A DNA stretch of 63,996 nucleotides, the filler included, from Dimargaris cristalligena (taxonomy: Eukaryota): NCBI GenBank assembly GCA_003614675.1. It is 6 parts of 6 records of this genome, joined end to end, with 100 filler letters (N's around TTAATTAATTAA, not from the genome) between each part and the next. Parts side by side here need not be neighbours in the genome. Positions count along the whole stretch, not along the records: positions 54,491 to 63,996 come from ML003259.1; 5 more parts are not named here. One strand, given 5' to 3'. Numbering within the stretch: the stretch's first letter is position 1; every line of letters starts with the position of its first letter. Below are positions 63,806 to 63,996 of this stretch, one piece after another. Made by a program: the position numbers and the translations under genes. The notes under the pieces were generated by a model. It did no database searches. It saw nothing but the letters and a program-made list of their open reading frames with translations, and was not told where the DNA came from.

Positions 63806-63996
63806 TGTCGCCCGAGTTAACCACCCTTAGTCCGTCAAGAGTCTCGGGGATAGGCTTCTAACAGTAGGTGGGGCATTGGACACGGCCAAGCGGGCTACTA
63901 GTGTTAGGGGTGGTGACAAGGCCAACCAAATAAAGCAAGCGTAGGACATAGGCGAGGTCCGTGCACTAGATGCACACTTACTGGTCGGTACTATGG
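63806..63996 (+). mobile_element. Family A LTR 5' end, CpG-retaining (young) copy running off the window
   Basis: TGTCGCCCGAGTTAACCACCCTTAGTCCGTCAAGAGTCTCGGGGATAGGCTTCTAA. Confidence 0.88.

Noticed and set aside
1..63996. Family A repeats as a CRISPR-like array or satellite
   Set aside because: Units are ~580 bp, dispersed, in both orientations and have TSDs. There is no repeat-spacer periodicity and no cas genes, and the DNA is eukaryotic.

Overview
Eukaryotic (fungal) genomic DNA. Gene style, GT-AG introns and the lineage-specific secreted and 7TM proteins suggest an early-diverging fungus, possibly Zoopagomycota (inference only). The window is not one locus: six ~10.8-kb contigs in descending length order (>=10825, 10822, 10820, 10762, 10761, >=9506 nt) are joined by artificial 100-nt spacers (44 N + TTAATTAATTAA + 44 N), so adjacency across spacers means nothing. 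Recognisable genes: RRP4, MMM1, fused tryptophan synthase (TRP5), the 5' part of UTP20, a TFIP11/NTR1 G-patch protein and the 5' part of TRA1/TRRAP (with a frameshift at a C8 run). Less ordinary genes: a TPR + metallo-beta-lactamase-fold protein, a signal peptide + ectodomain + 7TM receptor-like protein, a secreted prepro-type orphan, and a decayed APH/choline-kinase-like pseudogene. Intergenic DNA holds about 15 copies or pieces of one ~580-bp solo-LTR family (TG..CA ends, 5-bp TSD), smaller LTR families, nested insertions, and a decayed DIRS1-type retrotransposon (gag remnant, RT, RNase H, adenine-methyltransferase-like domain). Repeats are strongly CpG-eroded, pointing to methylation-coupled or RIP-like genome defence. 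No rRNA, tRNA or CRISPR array is supportable. No wholly new multi-gene system can be demonstrated; the best leads are the repeat-directed C>T erosion, the DIRS methyltransferase, and the orphan 7TM and TPR-MBL proteins.
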